Shown here piece by piece: positions 39,288 through 48,707 of a stretch of 64,000 nt of DNA. A program made the translations under genes and the position numbers. Source of the stretch: a virus. Position 1 is the first letter of the stretch. Each line of letters begins with the position of its first letter. The stretch spans positions 32,001 to 96,000 of the IMG/VR virus record IMGVR_UViG_3300038620_000126. One strand, given 5' to 3'. Under the pieces are notes generated by a model. It was not told where the DNA came from. It saw only the letters and a program-made list of their open reading frames with translations, and did not search any database.

Positions 39288-39803
39288 TTAAATTACCGAA
39301 TACGTAAAATCTTCTGGTACACAAAAAGCTGTATCTAAGTTAAATATAACTGTAAATTGATTTGCATTTCTAAAGCTATTTTCAAAACCAGTAAAGCTTT
39401 GTATTTTTCTTAAAATTTCATCTAAAAATGTATTATCAGAATTAAAATCACTTCTTTCTACTTCAATAGGAAGTGCATTACAAAGAACCAATTTAACAGT
39501 TCCTTGTGGATTTTGCAAATCAAAGTTAAGATTTAGTGTAAAAATGAACTTTCCAAACCCCTTTTCTAATCCCGTTTCTGAACTGGGAAAATTGTAGTCT
39601 CTTTCATTATCTGCTAAAAACTTTTCAGTAACAAATATATGTTCATTTTCTATAAGCCCAACACTAACTTCGGGTAAGTATATTCCACCTTTCCAACAGT
39701 CAGATTTTTCATCCCAACGCAAATTAAGAAGTTCGCCGTTCTTATTAAAAAAATGCCAGTTTTGATAGGGACGTAGTATAGGCTTTCCTTTTTTTCCTTC
39801 CAT
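39288..39803 (-). CDS. Structural protein; probable detached N-terminal part of 8628-12914 protein
   Basis: FFNKNGELLNL..WKGGIYLPEVSVGLIENEHIF; late promoter. Confidence 0.6.
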   Translation of the reverse strand: MEGKKGKPILRPYQNWHFFNKNGELLNLRWDEKSDCWKGGIYLPEVSVGLIENEHIFVTEKFLADNERDYNFPSSETGLEKGFGKFIFTLNLNFDLQNPQGTVKLVLCNALPIEVERSDFNSDNTFLDEILRKIQSFTGFENSFRNANQFTVIFNLDTAFCVPEDFTYSVI

Positions 39804-39864
39804 ATTTGTTATGTTATTATTTGTTATTATTTATTCAATCAAAAATAAATATAAAAAAATAATA

Positions 39865-40395
39865 GTGCGAATAAAATCTTTCCAAGAATACAATAAAAGT
39901 AAATACTCTGAAAAATTTAACTGGGTTGTTGAAAGTGGAATTCCACTTCAAGAATCATTTAGAATGCATTCAGAATCTTATTCACAGGTTTTGCGGGAAG
40001 CAAGAACTGCATACATTCGTGGTTACTATTTTCCCCAAAATGAAAATGAAAGATTCATATTAGAAGACTTAGATACTGGAGAAAAAGCCGTTTACAATGG
40101 TGAGGAAGTAACGCTTGACTTGCCAGAAGAAACCCCAAGAGGGGATGAAAAACAATTTCAAGTTTACGTTGACACTGGTAAAAAGGACAAAGAAGGAAAT
40201 AAAATTGCTAAAAAAATTAAGTTTGGGAGTGCAGATTACGATATAAAAAATTGTGATGACGATGCCAGAAAGAGTTTTCTAGCTCGCCATCAATGTGATA
40301 AGGAAGATACCAGCGATAAAGATGCTGGATTTTGGAGCTGCAACATTCACCGCTTTGCGGATGAACTTGGACTTGAGTGCGATAAGCCGTGGTAA
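39865..40395 (+). CDS. Capsid-tagged conserved phage protein (KIKFG..ARKSFLARHQC..AGFWSC); GTG start
   Basis: AATAAATA near 39844 then GTG-RIKSFQEY. Confidence 0.7.
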   Translation: MRIKSFQEYNKSKYSEKFNWVVESGIPLQESFRMHSESYSQVLREARTAYIRGYYFPQNENERFILEDLDTGEKAVYNGEEVTLDLPEETPRGDEKQFQVYVDTGKKDKEGNKIAKKIKFGSADYDIKNCDDDARKSFLARHQCDKEDTSDKDAGFWSCNIHRFADELGLECDKPW

Positions 40396-40401
40396 TTTCT
40401 A

Positions 40402-40800
40402 TTATTGAATCTCACGCTTTTTTATTTCCTCCATTATGTGTGAATAGTAAGAAGAAATTTGTTCATCTGTGCAATCTTTAAATGGATTGGGCGGTTCCAT
40501 ACCCAACTGCTGGTTTATAACTTCTTTTATCGTTTCTATTTGTTGTGGATAATCAAGTTCTTTTACCTCTTGAAGTTCACCCCCTTCCACTTTTTTAACA
40601 ATACCTTGTAAACCGCCACGAGTTCCCCCAACAAAAAGAAGAACATCACCTTCATTTAAGCGATTTTCTCCTTCCTTTAAGAAGAACCCTTCAAAGGCAT
40701 AGCCATTACTTTTTTCGAGATTAACTTTGTCAATCTTTTTTGTCCACTGCTTATTAGCTTTTTCATTGCCGTGGTGCTTAATGTAAATTACTGTTTTCAT
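40402..40800 (-). CDS. Hypothetical protein
   Basis: 132-aa ORF; W.K.I..V....NGYAFEG.F motif. Confidence 0.75.
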   Translation of the reverse strand: MKTVIYIKHHGNEKANKQWTKKIDKVNLEKSNGYAFEGFFLKEGENRLNEGDVLLFVGGTRGGLQGIVKKVEGGELQEVKELDYPQQIETIKEVINQQLGMEPPNPFKDCTDEQISSYYSHIMEEIKKREIQ

Positions 40801-40838
40801 GATTAAGTAGTTTAATGATTAAAGTATTGTACAAATTT

Positions 40839-41558
40839 TCAACCAGATTGTAGTCTTTTAGAACTACTTTTATTATCTAGTCCGTCCTTAAAAATGGAAA
40901 CGTTTTTCCCTGCTTCTTTCCCTTGTTTATAGGCAAATGCATTATTTACCTGTAAGCGTCTTCCTTTTCTAATGTTAAAGTTTTGAAATATCCATTCATT
41001 AACTTTATACTTAGATGCCAACACAATATCTTTGGGCTTATTGTCATGATCTTTGTTCATTTCACTCATTAGTTCCTTAATACGAACATCTATTTCACTA
41101 CAAGCTCCATACAGAAAGTTTTTCCTGTAATTGCCATAAGGAATTCCCATTTCTTTTGCATTTCTTTTCCAACTCTTTTTTACTGCATCTAACAGTTGTT
41201 GGCTAAGAGATTGAGTAATAAGTATAAAACGGTCAACTCGTTCAGGTGTCCCAATAAAAAGAATTGCTTTTCCACTTTTGCCGGACTTTTTAATACATCC
41301 ACACAAACAATAATCTGATAATATGTTTGCAAGAATAGGAGCAAATTCTCCATCCTGGGTTGTCTGAAAATTACTAACTGGATATTCAACACTTACAAAC
41401 TCATTATCATCATTTTCAATAGTTTCATAATTTACCTCATGCTCCATTGACAATTCAATAGCTTTTGAAGCAAATGCTTTGGCTTCTTCGGTAGAACCAG
41501 CAGATTCGGCACTTTGTGCATGTTCTTTAAGTTTTTTAATTTTTTCTTTTATTGTCAT
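40839..41558 (-). CDS. DUF2786-family protein
   Basis: KIKKL..A......EEAKAF..KAIEL..EH; FIG; YRKNFLYG; AYKQGKEAG. Confidence 0.75.
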   Translation of the reverse strand: MTIKEKIKKLKEHAQSAESAGSTEEAKAFASKAIELSMEHEVNYETIENDDNEFVSVEYPVSNFQTTQDGEFAPILANILSDYCLCGCIKKSGKSGKAILFIGTPERVDRFILITQSLSQQLLDAVKKSWKRNAKEMGIPYGNYRKNFLYGACSEIDVRIKELMSEMNKDHDNKPKDIVLASKYKVNEWIFQNFNIRKGRRLQVNNAFAYKQGKEAGKNVSIFKDGLDNKSSSKRLQSG

Positions 41559-41589
41559 GATTATGCAGTTTAAAGTTTGAAAAAAATAG

Positions 41590-41662
41590 AACCCCCGCCC
41601 AGATTCGAACTGGGATTAACGGATTAGAAGTCCGTGGTTTTATCCGATTAAACTACAGGGGC
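41590..41662 (-). tRNA. tRNA-Arg (UCU)
   Basis: Acceptor GCCCCTG/CGGGGGT, anticodon arm ACGGA-CTTCTAA-TCCGT, T arm CCCAG-TTCGAAT-CTGGG. Confidence 0.92.
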
Positions 41663-41681
41663 TTTATTTAAAATTAAACAA

Positions 41682-41708
41682 AGCGGGAAAGCCTATAACT
41701 TTCCCGCT
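41682..41708 (-). terminator. Stem-loop/terminator upstream of tRNA-Arg
   Basis: agcgggaaag-cctataa-ctttcccgct. Confidence 0.7.
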
Positions 41709-41719
41709 GAGTGGCTTTG

Positions 41720-41932
41720 TTAGGAATTCAGGTGATTTTGAATAGCAGTCTTCAGGCTTTCCAAATCTTTTGTTTGTGGTGTGTCCACCTTTAGGCAGAT
41801 GGTTTTCCCGCTAACAAGTTGAATAGTAAGAACTTTAGTTGAAAGCTCTGTTTCATAGTAAACCCGCTCTATATTGTTTGGATTTACCAATTCTTCTTCT
41901 CCGTTTACGGTCGTGACTTTTAAAAACTTCAT
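41720..41932 (-). CDS. Small early protein
   Basis: 70 aa; own early promoter and terminator. Confidence 0.75.
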   Translation of the reverse strand: MKFLKVTTVNGEEELVNPNNIERVYYETELSTKVLTIQLVSGKTICLKVDTPQTKDLESLKTAIQNHLNS

Positions 41933-41964
41933 AGTAACTTGGATTAATGTTTAACAATTCACTA

Positions 41965-41995
41965 CAAATATAAAACAAAACTTTAGCTGAGTCAA
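41965..41995 (-). promoter_or_regulatory. Host-RNAP early promoter
   Basis: TTGACT-17 nt-TATATTTG on minus strand. Confidence 0.72.
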
Positions 41996-42003
41996 GGACA
42001 AAT

Positions 42004-42363
42004 TCAAAAAATAAAACGCTTAATTTCTTCCGTGGTAGAAGAAAACGGATTAGACGTTATTATTTGACTAATGGGGAATATAATTGATTCTGGCTTTTCT
42101 GTTGTAGAACTATTAGTTGTAAACCGAATAATTTCAATCTGCTGATCGTTTATTTCAATATTATACGAAAATTCTTTATGTTTCCATTCTACATCAATTA
42201 TTCCATCTCCAGGTGAAATCAATGGAGTAACAGTAGAATTTTCAAATAGCGAATATAACAGTGATTTGGCTGTTTCTGTTAAGTGTGCAGGTGAATTGCA
42301 TTTACCATTATACCAACCGTCTTCTAATTCTTCAATTTCATTTAATTGTGATTCTATGCTCAT
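42004..42363 (-). CDS. Hypothetical protein (LEDGWYNG motif)
   Basis: 119-aa ORF. Confidence 0.7.
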   Translation of the reverse strand: MSIESQLNEIEELEDGWYNGKCNSPAHLTETAKSLLYSLFENSTVTPLISPGDGIIDVEWKHKEFSYNIEINDQQIEIIRFTTNSSTTEKPESIIFPISQIITSNPFSSTTEEIKRFIF

Positions 42364-42382
42364 TTTGTAATTTTTTTATAAA

Positions 42383-42970
42383 CTAGATATTATCTGGTTT
42401 ATATATTTTTGGCAAAGTATCATTTTTTTTCGTATTGTAGTTTCCATTATCATGATAACCATTAGGAAATATTAAATCAGTTTTGTGAAGATTGTTTATT
42501 CCTATATTAGCATATTCATCATCGGAATCAGTTGTAGAATAATACAAAAGTTGAGCAATTCTCATATTTGAATACACACGATAAGGCTTTATACAGTGCA
42601 TTTCTAGTGTCCAATAACCACAAAATCCTTCATCACCAATTCCGGCTGTTACATGTACAGATAAGCCACCACGCCCAATAGTTGACCTTCCTTCAATCAT
42701 TGGAACAAAAAAGTGTGTTTCTGTATATTCAACAGTTTTACCTAAATACAATTCTTGTGGATTTAACACTAATCCACTTTCGGGGATTTCTATAATTTCG
42801 TAACTTGGATTATCTTTTAATGGATCAATAACCGTATCTGTATAACGAATTAAGTATTTATCAAGTCTTACATCATAACTATTGTATCTTAATTGCGAAT
42901 AATAAAAAGGCTCTATTTGAATATTTCCTTTTTTATGTTCTTTATGTATTTCTGTCCAGTTCAGTATCAT
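42383..42970 (-). CDS. dcd: dCTP deaminase
   Basis: NSYDVRL, LGKTVE, EGRSTIGRGGL..HVTAG.GD.GF.G..TLE, RIAQL. Confidence 0.92.
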   Translation of the reverse strand: MILNWTEIHKEHKKGNIQIEPFYYSQLRYNSYDVRLDKYLIRYTDTVIDPLKDNPSYEIIEIPESGLVLNPQELYLGKTVEYTETHFFVPMIEGRSTIGRGGLSVHVTAGIGDEGFCGYWTLEMHCIKPYRVYSNMRIAQLLYYSTTDSDDEYANIGINNLHKTDLIFPNGYHDNGNYNTKKNDTLPKIYKPDNI

Positions 42971-43397
42971 AAAAATAATTATTAAAAGTTTTTTGTTTTG
43001 TGGCTTGCTTTAAAATTTTTCTTTTCAAATCTAACATTTTTAATTCTCTAGCAACTTCTTTAGCCCTTTCTAATGCACCTTCATGAGATGATGACGATGC
43101 GTTAAATCCGATAAGCGTCCAATTATCTAGTATGATTTTTGGATTAATTGAATTCATAGTATCAGCATATATTTTACTTGTGTATTTAATGTTTTTTCCA
43201 TTAGACGCATAAGTTATAGATTGATAAAGATTTCGAGAAAAGTGTAAGTTTAATTCACCGAGGTTACAATCTTTTAACATATTATTTGGATAAAGTGCAA
43301 CAAAACCACAGTAACTATATGTAGTTACTTCAACTCCTTGTACTTCACTACACTTAGGCACTTTTACAACAAACGGAATAAATTTAGAATTTTCCAT
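42942..43397 (-). CDS. Hypothetical protein
   Basis: 151-aa ORF. Confidence 0.65.
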   Translation of the reverse strand: MENSKFIPFVVKVPKCSEVQGVEVTTYSYCGFVALYPNNMLKDCNLGELNLHFSRNLYQSITYASNGKNIKYTSKIYADTMNSINPKIILDNWTLIGFNASSSSHEGALERAKEVARELKMLDLKRKILKQATKQKTFNNYFYDTELDRNT

Positions 43398-43418
43398 AGG
43401 AAACTGATGGTTAGAATT

Positions 43419-43571
43419 TTACTTATTTCTAAAAAAATCTGTTACACGATCAATTCCTTCAACAACAGCTACAGGCAAAGCAGCCGCAACCATAAATTTC
43501 CACTTATTGTTATCCCACCACTTTATAAAACTTGATGATTCTTTCTTATGTTCTTTTTTGGTATTTGGCAT
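43419..43571 (-). CDS. 50-aa small protein with hydrophobic segment (not in ORF track)
   Basis: MPNTKKEHKKESSSFIKWWDNNKWKFMVAAALPVAVVEGIDRVTDFFRNK. Confidence 0.6.
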   Translation of the reverse strand: MPNTKKEHKKESSSFIKWWDNNKWKFMVAAALPVAVVEGIDRVTDFFRNK

Positions 43572-43585
43572 AATTTTATGTTTTT

Positions 43586-45823
43586 TTATAATCCGTAATT
43601 TGTTATATCGAATTGAAGATTTTGCTTACTAGTACAGATTATATCAAAAAATCCACTTTTGTTTATAGGTTCAATAACACCTATGTTGGTTTGATAGTTT
43701 CCGTTTCCATCATTTTCTGTTAGCAATATAATAGAATTATTTTGGAATTCAACAGGTGTTTTAATTTTTATCCGAACAAGCTGTCCAGTTGACCATGATT
43801 GATTATTATCATCTAAGTAAATATAAATGTTATTCGTTGCTGTAAGTTCGATATCAGATTCATGAATAATATAATTATTAAAGGGTTTAAGTGAAAATAT
43901 ATTTCTTGTAGTTGATATGCCTGTTACTGTATCAAGTTTAACTTGTTCAATATTTGAATAATGTTCTTTATCATTGTTAATACGTATTGTATTATTATCA
44001 TTGCGATCAACAACAACACCACGACCACCTCTTATTGGGTCAAGGTTGTAGGTAATTTGTGCACTTGTTTCATTGTTTAGTATATTAATAATTTCTTGAT
44101 AATTTCTTTCAACAAGTGACATAAGTTCACTAACATTTTCAAAGTTAGCACGATTTGCATCAATAAAACTTTCAAGTTTGTTAATCCTGTTAAGAACATC
44201 TTGTTGGGTTTCACCAGTTAACACTATATCTTTTAATGTTTCAACTTCTGTTCTTAATGAATCAATTTCACTTATACTTTCATTGATATCAGTAGTTGCT
44301 TTTTGTAAATATTTAGCTGCATCCATGTAAATGTCAAATGAAAATGTATTGTAATCATTAACATTTGTAACAATATCACTCTTAAATTGTGTTGTATCAA
44401 ATCTAAGGTTTTGTTTTAGAGAATAAGAATTCCCATTTTGACGATTGCCACGAGTTCCTGCTGGCTTGTACTTTGTAAAACACTCAAATTTAAAACCAGT
44501 ATTTCCAGATGGTCTGGGTTCCTCTAAAAATAAAACACCATACAAGTTGGTTGCAAAATTTTCAGGATTATCAGCTTCGTAAATATCATAGTAAATTGCT
44601 ATTGCATTAAATTCAAAAGAACTTGACCCAGATGTTTGATTTAACTCAGGGAAACTTTCTAAACGCCTGTCTTGAAATAATCTATAGTTATTTTCATTGA
44701 AGTCAATTGTAATACCGTCTAAACGACTTCTAAGATACCAATCTTCTTTTTTGATATTTGTTGGAGCAGTCCATTCTTTGTAAATTAAGTCATTCGTAGC
44801 ATCACCAAATTCTTTATCCGTATAATAAGCATATGGCCCACTTGATGCAATATTATAGTTTGAATTTTGAAACCACCGAGAACCGTTTTGTGGCGTTGGA
44901 AGTGGATCACCCGGTGCATCAATTCCACCTTCATAATACTTAAAAGCAAGGGTGGGTGTTCCTTGTTGATTTAATGATTGTGCTGGGTTTAATCTATGGT
45001 CATAAAAAGCTTCATAAAAAAGTTCTGGTGTTGGGTTTTCATTTGCATCTCTGCCCGCTATAAATGGGTTATTAGTATCTGATGGAATCACAAAACTTTC
45101 TTCATAAACATTTTCAACTGCTTGAGACTTGAACATTACATAAGGCGTAGAACCATGATCATTAGGAATATGAATGTAAACCTCTGTAAATGAATTATCA
45201 GAATGCATTACGTTATTAGTAACATCAATTTCCCCAACATACTTAACAACTCTTTGGTACCAGTTTTTACTTAAACCAGAATCTGCCTCCTTTTCTTCTA
45301 AAAAACGTTTTTCACCATTTTGAAAAGCTTGGGAATCAGTGCTAAATTCGGCGGGCGATGCTTCTTCAAAACGTATAGCACCAACTTCTTTTAATGCTTT
45401 GAAAAATATACGTTCTGCTGGTGATTCTAATTTGGTGTGATCAAAATCTGGTTTTGAACGCGTTAAAACCTCAGCATTTAGTACATAATTTTGAAAGAAT
45501 TCAGCAAATCTATAATTATGTCTTGTGTTACCAGGTGATGTACTAGCGCTTGAACCATCAGCCCAAAGATATCTACCCTCTACTGCATCGTAATGAAAAT
45601 AGTTAGAACCATTGAAATCTCTGGTATCATACACCCACCTTGTTGAATCATTAGGGTCTTGTTGAGCATTAACAAGCTTTGGAATATCTAAAGCAACAAA
45701 CTTAGAAAAACGAAACTTTCTATTTGAATTGTTAAACGTAGCAGCTAAATCATTTTCAGTTGATTGAAAGGTATATAATGTTCCTTCTTGACCTTTAATT
45801 GGATATAATAGTGGTGTTATCAA
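43586..45823 (-). CDS. Conserved virion structural protein with coiled-coil segment
   Basis: 745 aa; late promoter, TTG start; GTLYTF..FSKFVALDIP, FEFNAIAIYY. Confidence 0.65.
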   Translation of the reverse strand: MITPLLYPIKGQEGTLYTFQSTENDLAATFNNSNRKFRFSKFVALDIPKLVNAQQDPNDSTRWVYDTRDFNGSNYFHYDAVEGRYLWADGSSASTSPGNTRHNYRFAEFFQNYVLNAEVLTRSKPDFDHTKLESPAERIFFKALKEVGAIRFEEASPAEFSTDSQAFQNGEKRFLEEKEADSGLSKNWYQRVVKYVGEIDVTNNVMHSDNSFTEVYIHIPNDHGSTPYVMFKSQAVENVYEESFVIPSDTNNPFIAGRDANENPTPELFYEAFYDHRLNPAQSLNQQGTPTLAFKYYEGGIDAPGDPLPTPQNGSRWFQNSNYNIASSGPYAYYTDKEFGDATNDLIYKEWTAPTNIKKEDWYLRSRLDGITIDFNENNYRLFQDRRLESFPELNQTSGSSSFEFNAIAIYYDIYEADNPENFATNLYGVLFLEEPRPSGNTGFKFECFTKYKPAGTRGNRQNGNSYSLKQNLRFDTTQFKSDIVTNVNDYNTFSFDIYMDAAKYLQKATTDINESISEIDSLRTEVETLKDIVLTGETQQDVLNRINKLESFIDANRANFENVSELMSLVERNYQEIINILNNETSAQITYNLDPIRGGRGVVVDRNDNNTIRINNDKEHYSNIEQVKLDTVTGISTTRNIFSLKPFNNYIIHESDIELTATNNIYIYLDDNNQSWSTGQLVRIKIKTPVEFQNNSIILLTENDGNGNYQTNIGVIEPINKSGFFDIICTSKQNLQFDITNYGL

Positions 45824-45869
45824 TTTTTTTAATTATTTATTTCTGATTAAATAAATAAAAAAATTAACA

Positions 45870-46946
45870 ATGCGTTTGAAGTCTTTTCAAGAATACATTA
45901 ATTCGAGTTCCATTAATGAAGATATATTTAACATAGTTAGGCATCAAGAAGTTGAAAAATTACTCCAGCAGATAAAAGATTGGTGGAAAAATTTTGATTC
46001 ATATAAAACTGTTAAAAATTATTGGGGAGAAAAGAAAGAAATAAAAAATAAAGATTATCAATTTTTTATGTTAAGGAAAAAAACAGAAGATAATGTTACT
46101 TTGCAGAAAACTGGTGGTTTAGTTAATGATAATAAAGAAGTTAAAGAATTTACAATTTCCATACCTAGTAACATTAAAAATAAACAATTGGATGAATTTG
46201 CCGGATTAAAAATTCATTTTAAAAGTGAAAAGGGTTATAAAAAAGGTGCTAAATACAATCCTAGAGAAAAGGTAGTTAAAGTTTATCAAGCAGACTTTAA
46301 TAAAAGAAATCCCATAGCAATGCTATACACCGAAATTGTACACGAGCTTATGCATTTTCTTGACCATAAGCGTTATAAGGATTCAGATGAATTTTACAAA
46401 AACACATATAGTAATGTGGAAAATTTTGAAAAGTACATTAATTCACCTAAAGAATTGTTTGCTTTTGCGGCTTCTAATTTTTCAACTGTTTATGAAGTAA
46501 TTATGATGATGAACAAAAATAAAATAACTTTTAATCTCTTTATGAAGTTTGTATTTGGTTCTGATAACTATGAAAAATATTACAAAAGTCTTAATGATAG
46601 AAATAAAAAGAAAATTAAAAAAGAAATTTACAAAACTTATCAAAAAGTAGTTAATAATTATGAAGCTTACGGTTTTACCAACATATTTGAAAGAAGTCCA
46701 AAAGAAATATCAAAAGAAAGTAAACATGATGAAATACTGTTGCAGGGTTTAAAACAACTAATAAAAACAGATGCTAAAGACTTAGTTGAATGGAGACAAA
46801 AAAATTTAAATGATATTATTACTTTAATTGAAAAAAGATTTAAAAATACTCCCGAAAATAAACCCGCCTTTCAAGATTTTGAGTCCGATAAAGATTTATC
46901 TAATGAATTTTCTAATGTTTTAGAAGAACTCAAATCCTTAAAATAA
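45870..46946 (+). CDS. Capsid-tagged zincin-like metallopeptidase
   Basis: MRLKSFQEYIN..INED; GAKYN..EIVHELMHFLD..YINSPKELFAF (HExxH plus downstream E). Confidence 0.75.
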   Translation: MRLKSFQEYINSSSINEDIFNIVRHQEVEKLLQQIKDWWKNFDSYKTVKNYWGEKKEIKNKDYQFFMLRKKTEDNVTLQKTGGLVNDNKEVKEFTISIPSNIKNKQLDEFAGLKIHFKSEKGYKKGAKYNPREKVVKVYQADFNKRNPIAMLYTEIVHELMHFLDHKRYKDSDEFYKNTYSNVENFEKYINSPKELFAFAASNFSTVYEVIMMMNKNKITFNLFMKFVFGSDNYEKYYKSLNDRNKKKIKKEIYKTYQKVVNNYEAYGFTNIFERSPKEISKESKHDEILLQGLKQLIKTDAKDLVEWRQKNLNDIITLIEKRFKNTPENKPAFQDFESDKDLSNEFSNVLEELKSLK

Positions 46947-46961
46947 AAAAAAACAAAGTCA

Positions 46962-47825
46962 TTGAAAAATAACCAAAGAAAAATACCAAATTTTTCTGAA
47001 TTTCTTAATGAAAAACAAAATAATAATTTTGAAAGGTTATATGAATTTTTGAATACAGAAATGTTAGCGCTTAAAAATTATCTTACTTTAGACAAAGAAA
47101 AACAAAAAGATGATTTAGCTAATACATTTCCATTTTTATGGGAATATTTTGCAAAGGAACATAATTACGATCCAAATAAAGTACAAGACTTTGATGATAT
47201 AGATGAACTTACAAGTGAAGAGAAAAAAAAGTTCAAAGATTGGTTATATAAACAAATTGTGAAACTTGGTGGTGGTCATTTACCAATAATGGATGCTGAT
47301 ATTCCAAGTTGGTTCTATTTTGATTATATAAAAATTGTTAAAAATCAATGGTTGGTTCATTTAACTGACTATCCATTTGAAATTGTAAAAGATGGTTTTA
47401 CAAAAGGTGTAATGGCAGTAGATAAATTGGGATTAACTACAGCATTTGGGGGTAGTATAAAAGAATTTGGGGGCTATAACTTTGCTTATGATATTGATGA
47501 TGTCGAAAGATACGGTAGGGCATCTAGAAACAGTATGAGAGATGAATACAACTATGGTGATGAAGCAGTTTTCTTTAGGGGGTCAGGTGTAAAAGTATAT
47601 CATTATGGTGATGAAGAAGATCAAGTTATATTTTTTGGTAAAAGTGTTACAAACAGAATAGCAGCTGTAAAAGATGATGAAGTTCCTGTGTGGGAAGATA
47701 GTAAATGGGCTTTAATATCTAATAAAACTGATAGGCCGATAGTTAAAAAAGATACATTAGGTGAGTTAGGTTATTGGCTCCAACAAAATGAACAACAGTA
47801 TAAAAGTCATATTTCAAATAAATAA
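46962..47825 (+). CDS. Capsid-tagged protein with putative ADP-ribosyltransferase-like fold
   Basis: KIPNFSEFLNE; WLVHLTD..GF..GYNFAY..EEDQVIF. Confidence 0.55.
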   Translation: MKNNQRKIPNFSEFLNEKQNNNFERLYEFLNTEMLALKNYLTLDKEKQKDDLANTFPFLWEYFAKEHNYDPNKVQDFDDIDELTSEEKKKFKDWLYKQIVKLGGGHLPIMDADIPSWFYFDYIKIVKNQWLVHLTDYPFEIVKDGFTKGVMAVDKLGLTTAFGGSIKEFGGYNFAYDIDDVERYGRASRNSMRDEYNYGDEAVFFRGSGVKVYHYGDEEDQVIFFGKSVTNRIAAVKDDEVPVWEDSKWALISNKTDRPIVKKDTLGELGYWLQQNEQQYKSHISNK

Positions 47826-47833
47826 AAAAAATT

Positions 47834-48475
47834 ATGGAAGAAAAGTCTAAAGAAGATGTATTAAAAGTTTTAATGGATTATAAAGAAAACCCATCAGCAG
47901 GAGATACTGAAAAAATAAAAAATGCAAAAAAATTACTTCTTAATACAGACGCAGGACAAGAAATAATTAAAAAATCACAAAAAGAAGTAAAAAAGTCAGT
48001 TAAAAAACGAAATGATGAAATATGTTGCTTCGGAACTAATAATAAAGCTGTTGTTTTTAGAGGGGGTTCAAATGTAGGATTTGAAAGTGATGCTGGTTGG
48101 ACTTTAGATGCATTTACAGCTTCAAGATTTGCAGTTATGTTTGGAAACCCAGAACCAGGTGTATATGAAGGTGAAATTGGTATTGGAATGGTGAATATTG
48201 AAGATATAGTGTTTTATGATGTAGCATTTGAAGATTACATAAAAAGTAAAAATCCTACAGTTATAGAACACGAAATAATAACAAAAAAATTAGGTGATGT
48301 GAAACCTTTAAGTGATATAGAATATATAACTGTTGAAGGTGATGAAGATGGTTTTCCTACAGAAGAATCAGAAGAAAAAATTAAATCAACAGTAAAAAAG
48401 TATGTTAAAAATATTAATGAATCGAAAAAAATTCTTACTTTTTTTGAATTCTTAAATGAAAGAAAACAACTATGA
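47834..48475 (+). CDS. Putative ADP-ribosyltransferase (R-S-E type) with C-terminal capsid tag
   Basis: VFRG..GWTLD..ASRFA..EHEII; ends INESKKILTFFEFLNERKQL. Confidence 0.62.
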   Translation: MEEKSKEDVLKVLMDYKENPSAGDTEKIKNAKKLLLNTDAGQEIIKKSQKEVKKSVKKRNDEICCFGTNNKAVVFRGGSNVGFESDAGWTLDAFTASRFAVMFGNPEPGVYEGEIGIGMVNIEDIVFYDVAFEDYIKSKNPTVIEHEIITKKLGDVKPLSDIEYITVEGDEDGFPTEESEEKIKSTVKKYVKNINESKKILTFFEFLNERKQL

Positions 48476-48647
48476 AACTAAAATCTTTTGAAAACTACAT
48501 AACAGAAAAACGAAAAAAACCAGATAAAAATATACAAGATAAATTTTTACCTTGAAGATGATTTTAATTGTATTGCTAATAAAAAAAGATTTTACAAAAG
48601 AAGATGTTAAAGCTGTTTCTGATGTTAAAGGTAAAATAATAGTTTAA
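48472..48647 (+). pseudogene. Internally deleted remnant of an ART-LRR gene
   Basis: MKLKSFENYITEKRKKP..* followed by DFTKEDVKAVSDVKGKIIV*, matching both termini of 13001-14365. Confidence 0.85.
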
Positions 48648-48707
48648 TAAAATAAATACTAAAAGTAAAAAATCAGTTGAAATTTCAAATGATTAAATTA
48701 ATTAAAG

